64,000 nucleotides of DNA. Source: an uncultured Gemmatimonadaceae bacterium. GTDB lineage: Bacteria > Gemmatimonadota > Gemmatimonadetes > Gemmatimonadales > GWC2-71-9. The stretch's first letter is position 1. The number at the start of each line of letters is the position of its first letter. A program made the translations under genes and the position numbers. A model generated the notes under the pieces. That model saw only the letters and a program-made list of their open reading frames with translations, ran no database searches and had not been told where the DNA came from. Below, piece by piece: positions 29,340 to 39,644 of this stretch. Location of the stretch: the NCBI GenBank assembly GCA_964519805.1, contig CAZFKN010000002.1:3814-67813 (forward strand). Reading direction: 5' to 3'.

Positions 29340-30130
29340 GCCCGGGCGCCCGGGCCTACACCATCGTGGTGCAGCGGGACGGCGCGCTCGAGGCGCGCAC
29401 GTTCCGCATTCCGGTGTGGCTGGTCCGGGCCTCAGCCGTCGCAGCTGCCGTTGTCGGGTTGTGCCTGGTGGGAGCGATCGGGTTCTACGGGCCTATCGCG
29501 AGGGCCGCCGCCCGGGTGCCCGGTCTCCAGCGCGACGTCGCGCGGCTTCAGGCGGAAAACTCAAAGATCGTCGCCCTGAGCGCCGCGGTGGACAGTCTGG
29601 AGCAGCGCTACGCGCAGGTCCGCAAGATGATCGGCGCCGACATCGTGCCCGACCCGCTGCGCCACGCCGCAACGCTGCCTGTCGCGCCCGCGATCCGGGC
29701 ATACCCCCGATCAGCCAACCCGCGATTCGCGACCGGCGGGCCGCCGCACTACTGGCCGCTGGACGACACCGGGTTCCTCACGCGCGGACAGGTCGGGGAC
29801 AGCGCCGGTGACCAGGCTCACCCCGGGATCGACATTGCCGTGCCTACGGGCAGCGTCGTCCGAGCGGCCGGGAGCGGGACCGTGGCTCAGACCGGCCAGG
29901 ATCCCGAGTACGGCTGGTTCGTCCTGCTGCAGCACTCCGAAGGCTACCAATCCATGTACGGCCACCTATCCCGTCGGCTGGTTGCCCCGGGCGACTCGGT
30001 GGCCGCCGGCCAGGTGATCGGATTGAGCGGCAACACCGGCCGATCCTCGGCACCCCATCTCCACTTTGAAATCCGCCGGCAGGGGACCACGCTCGATCCC
30101 CTGACCATGGTCAAGGAGGGCAGACAATGA
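29336..30130 (+). CDS. membrane-anchored M23 (LytM-type) metallopeptidase
   Basis: Short N-terminal tail, one TM helix (VWLVRASAVAAAVVGLCLVGAIGFYG), a coiled-coil-like segment, then an M23 domain with intact HPGID (HxxxD) and PHLHFE (HxH). ATG overlaps the parB stop (ATGA). Confidence 0.9.
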   Translation: MSPGARAYTIVVQRDGALEARTFRIPVWLVRASAVAAAVVGLCLVGAIGFYGPIARAAARVPGLQRDVARLQAENSKIVALSAAVDSLEQRYAQVRKMIGADIVPDPLRHAATLPVAPAIRAYPRSANPRFATGGPPHYWPLDDTGFLTRGQVGDSAGDQAHPGIDIAVPTGSVVRAAGSGTVAQTGQDPEYGWFVLLQHSEGYQSMYGHLSRRLVAPGDSVAAGQVIGLSGNTGRSSAPHLHFEIRRQGTTLDPLTMVKEGRQ

Positions 30131-30531
30131 ACCTCTTCGCCAGCCCCGCCCGCGACGAGCACGGCAACGAGCTGCGCCGCCGGCGCAGCGACCAGATGCC
30201 CTTTTCGATCGTGGCGAAGGACATGACGATCGTGGGTGACCTCGAGACCGAGGGACTCGTCCGGATCGAGGGTCGAGTCCGGGGCACCGTGCGAGCGGGG
30301 AGTCAGGTCCTCATCGGCCAGGGCGCGCAGCTGGAGGGCGACCTCCACACCAAGGAAGCCGTGGTGGGCGGCGAAGTGATCGGCTCCATCCACGCGACCG
30401 AGCGGGTGGAGCTTCAGCCGACCGCGGCCGTCACGGGCAACATCATCACGCCCCGGATCGCGGTCATGGAGGGCGGGAAAGTGAGCGGTGAGGTTCGGAT
30501 TCAGGATCATCCTGTAGAGCTTGAAAAATAA
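30127..30531 (+). CDS. bactofilin-family cytoskeletal protein
   Basis: Beta-helical bactofilin repeat pattern (IVGDLETEGLVRIEGRVRGTVRAGSQVLIGQGAQLEGDLHTKEAVVGGEVIGSIHA...). ATG overlaps the M23 stop (ATGA). Confidence 0.9.
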   Translation: MNLFASPARDEHGNELRRRRSDQMPFSIVAKDMTIVGDLETEGLVRIEGRVRGTVRAGSQVLIGQGAQLEGDLHTKEAVVGGEVIGSIHATERVELQPTAAVTGNIITPRIAVMEGGKVSGEVRIQDHPVELEK

Positions 30532-30540
30532 GGATTTGTC

Positions 30541-31572
30541 GTGATTTTGGCGCGTTTGTGTCGTCTTGCTGCCGTTAGTTCGTTCGTGGCTTGCGGACCG
30601 GCGGCGGGCACCAAGCCCGGCCTGCGAGTCGGTCTCATCACACCGGGCTCCATCGCTGACGCCGCTTGGAACTCGGGGGCCTACCGGGGCCTGCTCCAGA
30701 TCCGCGATTCGCTCGAGGTCGCCATTTCCCAGGTGGAGGCTCGCACGCCGGCCGAGCAGGAGGATGCGCTCCGCACGTACGCTGCGCAGGGGTACGATCT
30801 GGTGTTCGCACACGGGTTCGAGTTCCAGGGCGCTGCGGAGCGAGTGTCGCGACAGTATCCCCAAACTGTCTTCATCGTGACGTCCGGCGAACGCGCTGCC
30901 GGCAACGTCGCCCCACTCGTCTTCCGCCTCGAAGAGGCCAGCTATCTCTGCGGCATGGTGGCTGGAGGAATGACTCGGTCCAACGTGCTCGGGTTCGTCG
31001 GCGGGATCGAGCTGCCGCCCATCAAGGCAGCGTACGAGGGCTGGGTTCGGGGCGCCCATGCCGTGAACTCGAAGGTGGAGGCGCGCCAGATCTACCTCAA
31101 CAGCTTCGATGATGCCGCAGCCGGCCGGGAAGCCGCCCTGGCGCTCATCCGGATCGGCGCGGACATGTTCCACCACAACGCCGATGCTGCCGCGCTCGGC
31201 CTGTTTCAGGCCGTCAAGGAGACGCCGGGCGTCTATGCCTTCGGGGCGAACTCCGACCAAAGCGAGCTGGCGCCCGATCACGTGTTGGGCTCCGCGGTCA
31301 TTGACCTGCCTCGGGCGTTCCTGCTCGTCGCCCGCGAGGTTCGCGCCGGGACGTTCAGGCCGCGGATCGAGTCGTTCGGTCTCGCGAGTGGGGTGATCCG
31401 GTATGAGCCCAACCCACGGCTCGAGCGGCTCGTCCCCCCGGCTCTGAGGCTCAGGGTTCGGGCCGCCGCCGACTCGATCGCGGCCGGAACGCTGCAGCCC
31501 GTTCCCTCCCCCGGCTTTGCGCTGCAACCGGCCGCTCCTCAAAGCGCGCGAGCCGAGCCGACGTCGCAGTGA
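30541..31572 (+). CDS. BMP-family (PnrA/Med-like) ABC transporter substrate-binding lipoprotein
   Basis: Lipobox SSFVAC. BMP-family pattern (VGLITPGSIADAAWNSGAYRGL ... YDLVFAHGFEF ... GFVGGIELPPI). Confidence 0.85.
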   Translation: MILARLCRLAAVSSFVACGPAAGTKPGLRVGLITPGSIADAAWNSGAYRGLLQIRDSLEVAISQVEARTPAEQEDALRTYAAQGYDLVFAHGFEFQGAAERVSRQYPQTVFIVTSGERAAGNVAPLVFRLEEASYLCGMVAGGMTRSNVLGFVGGIELPPIKAAYEGWVRGAHAVNSKVEARQIYLNSFDDAAAGREAALALIRIGADMFHHNADAAALGLFQAVKETPGVYAFGANSDQSELAPDHVLGSAVIDLPRAFLLVAREVRAGTFRPRIESFGLASGVIRYEPNPRLERLVPPALRLRVRAAADSIAAGTLQPVPSPGFALQPAAPQSARAEPTSQ

Positions 31573-32347
31573 CGGAAGTCGCCTTGACCGAGGTGGTGGG
31601 GTTTCTCGACGCCTTTCTGCGGGTGAGCGAGGTACCGGACGATCCGAATGCTCTCAACGGGCTCCAGGTCGCGAACGGCGGGCGAGTAGCGAAGGTCGTG
31701 GCGGCCGTCGACGCTTCCCTCGAGACCATCGAGAGTGCTGTTCCCCGCGGGACGAACGCCGGGCCCCGGCTGCTCCTCGTGCATCACGGCCTCTTCTGGG
31801 ACGGCAACGTCCCGCTCACCGGCCGCCGATTCCGGCGGGTGAAGGCCCTTCTCGATGGCGATGTGGCTCTCTATTCGGCACACATCCCCCTGGACTTGCA
31901 TCCGGAGGTAGGCAACAACGTCGAGCTGGCTCGCCGCCTCGGGTTGCTGGTGGAGGGATGGTTCGGCAGCTACCGCGGCGTCCCGATCGGCGTGTACGGG
32001 GCGCCACCCCCCGCCGTGACGGATCGAGACCGGCTGGTCGCGCTGCTCACCTCGGATCTCGGAGCGGTGGCGCGGCTCATCCCGGGCGGACCCAAGAAAC
32101 CGCAGCGGATCGGCATCGTAACGGGCGCCGCCGGCTCGATGATCGCGGCGGCCCGCGACGCGGGCATCGACACCTTCATCACGGGCGAGGGAGCGCACCA
32201 CACGTACTTCGACGCGATGGAGTGGGGCGTGAACGTGATCTATGCCGGCCACTATGCCACGGAGCAGGTCGGAGTGCAGGCGCTCGCCAGCCGTCTCCAA
32301 GCCGAGTTTGGCCTTCCCTGGGAGTTCCACCGGCACCCCACCGGTCT

Positions 32348-32351
<4 letters not shown>
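31569..32351 (+). CDS. Nif3-like dinuclear-metal-centre protein (YbgI/YqfO family)
   Basis: LNGLQV, LLLVHHGLFW and YSAHIPLD motifs. The GTG start overlaps the upstream stop (GTGA). Confidence 0.85.
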
Positions 32352-33816
<1,465 letters not shown>

Positions 33817-33820
<4 letters not shown>

Positions 33821-34869
33821 AACGGTCGGGCCTGCTCACGGGCGCCGCCGCGCTCGGGATCGGTCTCGCGGTGCTCGCGGCGGGGTTGTGGGCGGCGGGG
33901 TTCGACGCGCCCGAGGCGCTGGGAGCGCTTTGGCGCGGAGCATTCGGCTCCTGGTACGCGTTCACGTCGGGCACGCTCGTGCGATCCGTGCCGCTCATCA
34001 TCATCGGACTGGGGATCGCGGTGGCGTTCCGGGCCAACGCGCTGAACATCGGCGCCGAGGGGCAGTTCTACGCCGGCGCGATCGCGGCGACTTGGGCGGG
34101 CCTCCATCTCGGCGGGGTCCCCTCCATCGTCGCGATTCCCGCCGTATGGCTGGCGGCGGCGGCGGCCGGGACCATGTGGATTGCGTTGCCGGTCTGGCTC
34201 CGGGTCCGTTTCGGCGTCCTGGAGGTGATCAGCACGTTGCTGCTCAACTTCGTGGCGGAGTCGCTCGTGAGCTGGATGGTGCAGGGACCGCTTCAGGAGG
34301 CGAAGCGGATCTACCCGCAGAGTGATCCGATCGCCGAGACCGCGCGGCTTCCCCTGGTGCCCGGCACCCGGCTTCATCTCGGCCTGCTGCTGGGCCTGGG
34401 TCTCGCCGTGGTCCTGTGGTTCGTGTTCCGGCGCACGGTGTGGGGTTTCGAGCTGTTGGCCACCGGGACCGGCCCTCGAGCTGCAAGCGTGAGCGGCCGG
34501 ATCCACGTCGGGCGGGTCATCGCGTTCGCGCTGCTCTGGTCCGGCGCCTTCGCCGGCCTTGCGGGCGGGATCGAAGTGGGTGGCGTGTCCTATGCGCTCT
34601 TTCAGAACCTCTCGCCCGGCTACGGCTTCACGGCGATCGCGGTGGCACTGCTTGCCCGCCTCCGGCCGCTCGGCATCGTGGCGACGGGCATCCTGTTCGG
34701 CGCGCTGGAGGCCGGTGCCGGGGCGATGCAGCGAGACGCCGGGATCCCGGCGGTGGCGGTGTTCGTGGTCGAGGCCGTGATCATCCTGGTCCTGCTGCTG
34801 GTCGAAGCGACCTCTCGGCGCGCCCGCACTACGGTGGCGCTCCCGGATCCGCCGCCGGAGGCCGCATGA
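33817..34869 (+). CDS. ABC transporter permease
   Basis: Polytopic membrane protein typical of BMP/ribose-type importer permeases. ATG overlaps the upstream stop (ATGA). Confidence 0.85.
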
Positions 34870-35786
34870 GCCTCACGATCGACGCGGGGGCACTGGTCGG
34901 GTTCCTCGCCGCCTCCGTTCGGGTCGCCACGCCGCTGCTGTTCGCTGCAATCGGGGAGACCGTGACCGAGCGTGCGGGGGTGATCAATCTGGGGCTCGAG
35001 GGCGCCATGCTGGCCGGTGCGCTGGGATCCGCGCTCGGGGCCGGAGCAGGCGTGTGGAGCGGGGTCGCGGTCGGCGCGCTGGCCGGGGCCGCGGTCGCGG
35101 CAGTGTTCGCGGCCTGGGTGGTGGGGGCGCGGGTAAACCAGATCATCGCCGGCACCGCCGTCACGCTCGCCTGCGTCGGTCTTACGGGAACGATCTATCG
35201 CCAGGCGTTCGGAACCGGCGGCGCCGGCCTCAGCCTGCCGACGCTGGGCCCGGTGCCGGTGCCGGGGTTGAGTCGCATCCCGGTGATCGGCCCGGCGCTC
35301 TTCGCGCAGCCGATCCTCACGTATCTGGCGCTGGCCTTCGTACCGATGGTCTGGTGGGTGCTCTATCGCACGCGGACCGGCCTCTCGCTCCGGGCGACGG
35401 GTGAGGCGGGTCCGCTCGCCTTGGCGGCCGGTGTGCCGGTCCGTGCACTTCGATTCTGGGCCACGGTGTTCGGGGGGGCGCTCGCGGGCCTTGGTGGCGC
35501 GAGCCTGGTATTGGCCCAGGTGGGCACGTTCGCCGAGAATATGACGGCGGGCCGGGGCTATATCGCGATTGCGATCGTCGTGCTGGGGCGTTGGCATCCG
35601 GGCGGCGTGACCCTCGCAGCGCTCCTCTTCGGCGCCGCCACGGCGCTCCAGTTTCTGTTTCAGGCGCTGGGGCTCGCCGTCCCGTATCAGTTCTTTCTGA
35701 TGCTGCCGTACATTCTCACGCTGCTCGCTCTCGCGGGCGCGGTCGGTCGGGTTCGGGCGCCGGCGGACCTCGCAAGGGACGACTGA
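34866..35786 (+). CDS. ABC transporter permease
   Basis: Second polytopic permease. ATG overlaps the upstream stop (ATGA). Confidence 0.85.
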   Translation: MSLTIDAGALVGFLAASVRVATPLLFAAIGETVTERAGVINLGLEGAMLAGALGSALGAGAGVWSGVAVGALAGAAVAAVFAAWVVGARVNQIIAGTAVTLACVGLTGTIYRQAFGTGGAGLSLPTLGPVPVPGLSRIPVIGPALFAQPILTYLALAFVPMVWWVLYRTRTGLSLRATGEAGPLALAAGVPVRALRFWATVFGGALAGLGGASLVLAQVGTFAENMTAGRGYIAIAIVVLGRWHPGGVTLAALLFGAATALQFLFQALGLAVPYQFFLMLPYILTLLALAGAVGRVRAPADLARDD

Positions 35787-35793
35787 GCGGGCC

Positions 35794-36540
35794 TCAGGCG
35801 CGCTCCCGGCGGAGCAGGTCGCGGGCCTCGAGGATCTGTTGCCGAACCCGTTCCCGCAAGGCGGGGACGTCCTTCACCTTGAGGCCGGTGGTTTCGATGG
35901 GCGCGAGCACCCGTACCTCGGCGACTGACCGCCCAAAGCGCCAGTCGTGCTTGCGAAGCGCGGTACCGGTGCCGGACACCGCCAGCGGGAGGATTGGCGA
36001 CCCGGTCTGCACCGCCAGGCGGAAGGCCCCGTCCTTGAAGGGAAGCATGTCGTCCGTCGTGGACCGCGTGCCTTCGGGAAAGATCATTACTGACACCCGC
36101 GTCTTGAGGACCTCGCGGCAGCGCTGGAGCGCTTCGACGGCGCTCCGCCCCTCCCCCCGGCGAACCGGGACGTCCCCCGCGAGACGCATCAACCACCCAA
36201 GGACCGGCACCCGGAACAACTCGGCCTTCGACAGCCATTTCATTTCCCAGGGCAGGCAGCTGATCAGAAGGATGTCGGCGAACGACTCGTGATTGGAGAC
36301 GACCACATAAGGGCGGCGAGGATCGGCTGGAGGGGTGCCGGAGGTACGGAAGTGCCACAGCGGATTGAGCGTTGCCATGACCGGGCCGATCCGGCGAAAC
36401 ACGTAGCCGACGGCGTAACGGCCAGGATCGGACAGCGTGGCGAGGCGGATCAGGGCCATGGCGGGCAGCCACAGGACCAGGCATGCAGCGAGGACGAACC
36501 ACGCCCAGATCGACATCAGGGCTTGCCAGAGCGGTGCCAT
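35794..36540 (-). CDS. plsC: 1-acyl-sn-glycerol-3-phosphate acyltransferase
   Basis: NHESFAD (HX4D) and FPEGTRS motifs with an N-terminal TM helix. I prefer the start at MAPLWQAL (ATG 36540). Confidence 0.85.
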   Translation of the reverse strand: MAPLWQALMSIWAWFVLAACLVLWLPAMALIRLATLSDPGRYAVGYVFRRIGPVMATLNPLWHFRTSGTPPADPRRPYVVVSNHESFADILLISCLPWEMKWLSKAELFRVPVLGWLMRLAGDVPVRRGEGRSAVEALQRCREVLKTRVSVMIFPEGTRSTTDDMLPFKDGAFRLAVQTGSPILPLAVSGTGTALRKHDWRFGRSVAEVRVLAPIETTGLKVKDVPALRERVRQQILEARDLLRRERA

Positions 36541-36607
36541 GCCGGATTCCGAAGGAAGCGACGGGGCCGTAACCTTAGCGGGACCGTCGAGCCTGCGACA
36601 AGGGCTG

Positions 36608-37174
36608 ATGTGGCCCATGTTGCATCGAGGGAAAATGCCCGGAACTGAGGACCGACGGTGTCGAGGAGGACGGCTCACGGCGCTCGAGGCCGGTGCGCTG
36701 TCCTGCCTTCCACTGCCCGTCGATCTTGCGCGGGTTCGCCTTCACCGCGGGGCCGGCGGACCCCTCCGGCGGGCGCTACGCGCCCTCGTGCTTCGGGTAA
36801 CTGGCGGGCGCGCCATCGCCCTCGGCAACCACGTCTTCCTGCCCGACGCCTGCTGCGACTCGCTGCCCGTGCTCGCGCACGAGCTGACGCACTGCGCCCA
36901 ATACCAGGCCTGGGGCGCTCTCCGCTACTTCGCGCGGGGCGCGGTTGACCAGCTCCGCGAGCTCCGCCATCGCCGGGGGCTCGGCCCGAGTCCGTACGAC
37001 TACGCCCGCGGGTCGCCCCGACCCTTTGCGACATACGGCATGGAGCAGCAGGGCCAGATCGTCGAGGACTGGCTCCGCGGCTCACCGGAGGCCGCGGCGC
37101 TGCTCACTGCTCCGGCAGGCGATCCTCCCATAGCGCGAACACGTTCCCGTCCGGATCCGCGATCATCGCCATGA
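36608..37174 (+). CDS. DUF4157-like HExxH protein (start uncertain)
   Basis: VDLARVRLHRG ... AIALGNHVFL ... LAHELTHCAQYQ matches the DUF4157 pattern with a putative zinc-binding HExxH. Candidate starts at 36608, 36617 and 36635. The 3' end overlaps the convergent VOC gene. Confidence 0.6.
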   Translation: MWPMLHRGKMPGTEDRRCRGGRLTALEAGALSCLPLPVDLARVRLHRGAGGPLRRALRALVLRVTGGRAIALGNHVFLPDACCDSLPVLAHELTHCAQYQAWGALRYFARGAVDQLRELRHRRGLGPSPYDYARGSPRPFATYGMEQQGQIVEDWLRGSPEAAALLTAPAGDPPIARTRSRPDPRSSP

Positions 37175-37469
37175 TCCCCCAGCTTTGTTGCGCGGGCTCG
37201 GCGATGACGCGGACGTTCCGGTCGTGCAGGCGCGCGCAGAAATTCAGCAGGTCCGGTACGTGGAACGTGATGCCGGTATGGCGGCCGACGAGCGCCTTCG
37301 CGTCCGGGTGGACCGCAGGATGGACGCCGAGATGGGGCTCCTGCTCGAGGAACTCGGCGCCGAACGACCCCTGTTTGGTCAGCGTCAGTCCGAGATCGTC
37401 ACGATAGAACGCGATCGCGCGCTCGATATCGGTCACGAACACGGCGACGCTGTACATCAAGCGGATCAC
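37104..37469 (-). CDS. VOC/glyoxalase-family protein
   Basis: 121 aa. VFVTDIERAIAFYRDDLGL ... IADPDGNVFALWE. GTG overlaps the upstream stop (GTGA). Confidence 0.75.
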   Translation of the reverse strand: MIRLMYSVAVFVTDIERAIAFYRDDLGLTLTKQGSFGAEFLEQEPHLGVHPAVHPDAKALVGRHTGITFHVPDLLNFCARLHDRNVRVIAEPAQQSWGIMAMIADPDGNVFALWEDRLPEQ

Positions 37470-38590
37470 GCGGCCTCCAGGGCCTGTGCCAGATCAGCGA
37501 TCAGGTCGTCCGGATGCTCGAGGCCGACGGACAAGCGAAGCAGACTCTCCGGCGCACGAGTATGAGCGCCCTCGACCGATGCGCGATGCTCGATGAGTGT
37601 CTCGGGTCCCCCCAGGCTGGTGGCCCGCGTGATCAGCTTGAGGCGTGCGGTCATCGCCATGGCTTCGTCGCGTCCACCCCGTACCTCCAGCGACAGCATG
37701 CCACCGAAGCCCGGCATCTGGCGCGCTGCCACGGCATGCGCGGGGTGGGACGCGAGGCCGGGGTAATGAACCCGTGCCACGGCCGAGTGCGCCTCGAGGA
37801 ACCGGGCCACGGCCAGCGCGTGCTCGCAATGACCCCGCATCCGATACGGCAGTGATCGGATCCCTCGCAACAGCAGCCAGCAATCGAACGGCGAGGCGAC
37901 GGCACCACCGGCGATCTGCACCGTCCGGATTCGCTGGAACATCTCGTCGTCCGACCGCGCGACCACGGCGCCGCTCAAGACGTCGCTGTGACCGCCGAGG
38001 TACTTGGTCGTGGAATGCATCACCAGGTCGGCGCCCAGCTCGAGCGGACGAGTCAGCACCGGTGACGCCCAGGTATTGTCGCAGGCCACCTTCACGCCCG
38101 CCTTTCGCGCCAGAGCGACAATCACGGCGATGTCGGTGACCCGCATGAGCGGGTTCGAGGGCGTTTCAATCCAGATGAGCCGCGTGCTTGGCCGAAGCGC
38201 GGCGGCGACCGTTGCCGGGTCCGTCATGTTCACCGGCGTGTGCTCCAGGCCCCAGCGATTGTAGACCTCTCCGAGCAGCTTTCGAGTGATGTAATACGAG
38301 TCGTCCGGGACGACGACGTGGTCGCCCGGCGCGAGCGACTGGAAGATCGCGGCTGTGGCCGCCATGCCCGAAGCGAACGCCGCGGCCGCGCCGCCGGCCT
38401 CCAGCTCCGCGAGGCTTCGCTCGAGCGCGCGCCGATTCGGATTCGCGTCACGCGAATAGATGTAGCCGCCCGGGAAGGTGCCGTCCGGCGCACGCTCGAA
38501 GGTGGTGGAGAGGTGGATCGGCGGGGTGACCGCGCCGGTGGCCGGGTCGGGCTGGTGGCCGGCGTGGACCGCGATGGTCTCGAAGCGCAT
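37466..38590 (-). CDS. Cys/Met-metabolism PLP enzyme (cystathionine gamma-synthase / beta-lyase family)
   Basis: Trans-sulfuration family pattern with PLP lysine motif HSTTKYLGGHSD. 374 aa. Confidence 0.85.
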   Translation of the reverse strand: MRFETIAVHAGHQPDPATGAVTPPIHLSTTFERAPDGTFPGGYIYSRDANPNRRALERSLAELEAGGAAAAFASGMAATAAIFQSLAPGDHVVVPDDSYYITRKLLGEVYNRWGLEHTPVNMTDPATVAAALRPSTRLIWIETPSNPLMRVTDIAVIVALARKAGVKVACDNTWASPVLTRPLELGADLVMHSTTKYLGGHSDVLSGAVVARSDDEMFQRIRTVQIAGGAVASPFDCWLLLRGIRSLPYRMRGHCEHALAVARFLEAHSAVARVHYPGLASHPAHAVAARQMPGFGGMLSLEVRGGRDEAMAMTARLKLITRATSLGGPETLIEHRASVEGAHTRAPESLLRLSVGLEHPDDLIADLAQALEAA

Positions 38591-38598
38591 CGGGTCGC

Positions 38599-39111
38599 TC
38601 AGAAGTGGGGTGAGAGGGAGAGGAAAAATCGAATCAGGAGCAGCGCCGCGCCGACCGACGCGAGCGCGATGCCGGCGAGAAGCAGCGCGATCATGATCAG
38701 GAGCCGCCGGCTGGCTCGGTGAACGGTCCGGGGCTCGGCCAGATGCCGCCGCAGGAGCACCATGTTCTTCGCGTCGGACTTCCAGACGAAATCGAACAGG
38801 TCGCCGGCGCCTGGTATGGCGCCGACGAGGCTGTCGATGCCGATGTTGTAGAGCATCCGTGCCAGAACCGCCTGCGGGGCACCGAATCGCACGGCTTCCA
38901 GGACGATCCAGGCCGATGCGATGGCGCCAAGGGCGTCGCCCAGGCCGGGGAGCAGCCCCAGCAGCGGGTCGAGGCCGAACCGGAAGGACGTGCCGGGGAT
39001 CTGAATCGCGTTGTCCAGCAGGAAAGCGAGACGCTCAGCTCTTTCGAGCCTCCGCCGCTCGGGCGCTGTAAGCCCGCGTGGCGTGGGCTCAGCGGATCGG
39101 TCGGGGATCAC
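38599..39111 (-). CDS. DUF4112-like membrane protein
   Basis: FRFGLDPLLGLLPGLGDALGA ... IDSLVGAIPGAGDLFDFVWKSDAKN pattern. GTG 39111 overlaps the GNAT stop (GTGA); the longest ORF would overlap the GNAT gene. Confidence 0.7.
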   Translation of the reverse strand: MIPDRSAEPTPRGLTAPERRRLERAERLAFLLDNAIQIPGTSFRFGLDPLLGLLPGLGDALGAIASAWIVLEAVRFGAPQAVLARMLYNIGIDSLVGAIPGAGDLFDFVWKSDAKNMVLLRRHLAEPRTVHRASRRLLIMIALLLAGIALASVGAALLLIRFFLSLSPHF

Positions 39112-39644
39112 GAGGCCCTGTCCGGCCTGTCCAGCGACATCGCCATGACATGGTCGACTTGGCGTTGGGAACCGAGGTGGAATGCGGTCTTTCCCACGAC
39201 GGTGAAGCCCGCCTTCCGATAGAAGGCGATCGCCCGCGGGTTCTCCTGCCACACGCCCAAGCAGAGCGTCCGACCGCCCTGTTGCCGTGCTACCCCGACG
39301 CAGGCATCCATCAGGCGCTGCGCGACTCCGTGTCCGTGCCATTGACTCGCGACGTAAAAGCGCACCACCTCGACCGGTGCGTCGAGGGTAACGCCGCCGG
39401 GCGCCTGTCCGGAGACGAGGTAAGCGTAGCCGATGAGCTGGTCGGCCAGCTCCACGACGATGTAGGTCGATGCCGGATCGGCGAGCTCCTCGGCCTGTTT
39501 GCCCTCTCCGTATCTGGCCGCGATGTGCGCTGCCATGTCCGCCGGGTCATTGTGGGCGGCGTAGGTGTCCGAGAACGTTCGGGCCGCGAGCTCGGCCAAG
39601 CGGCTCGCGTCGGCAGCCGTGGCCCGCCGGATGGTGAACGTCAC
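39108..39644 (-). CDS. GNAT-family N-acetyltransferase
   Basis: Acetyl-CoA binding region (FYVASQWHGHGVAQRLM ... NPRAIAFYRKAGF). GTG overlaps the queG stop (GTGA). Confidence 0.85.
   Translation of the reverse strand: MTFTIRRATAADASRLAELAARTFSDTYAAHNDPADMAAHIAARYGEGKQAEELADPASTYIVVELADQLIGYAYLVSGQAPGGVTLDAPVEVVRFYVASQWHGHGVAQRLMDACVGVARQQGGRTLCLGVWQENPRAIAFYRKAGFTVVGKTAFHLGSQRQVDHVMAMSLDRPDRAS

Noticed and set aside
31517-32347. N-terminal 277-aa extension of the ABC ATPase ORF (longest ORF 31517-33820), and similar long 5' extensions of sufB, sufD, sufS, sufU, parB, M23 and the permeases
   Set aside because: The extensions overlap the upstream genes in another frame and translate to Arg/Gly/Pro-rich sequence. 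In each case a start codon that overlaps the upstream stop by 4 nt gives a protein of the normal family length.
39108-39644. GNAT acetyltransferase as a TacT/AtaT-type toxin with a neighbouring antitoxin
   Set aside because: There is no small RHH/DUF1778-type partner. The flanking genes are queG and a DUF4112 membrane protein within a long metabolic operon.
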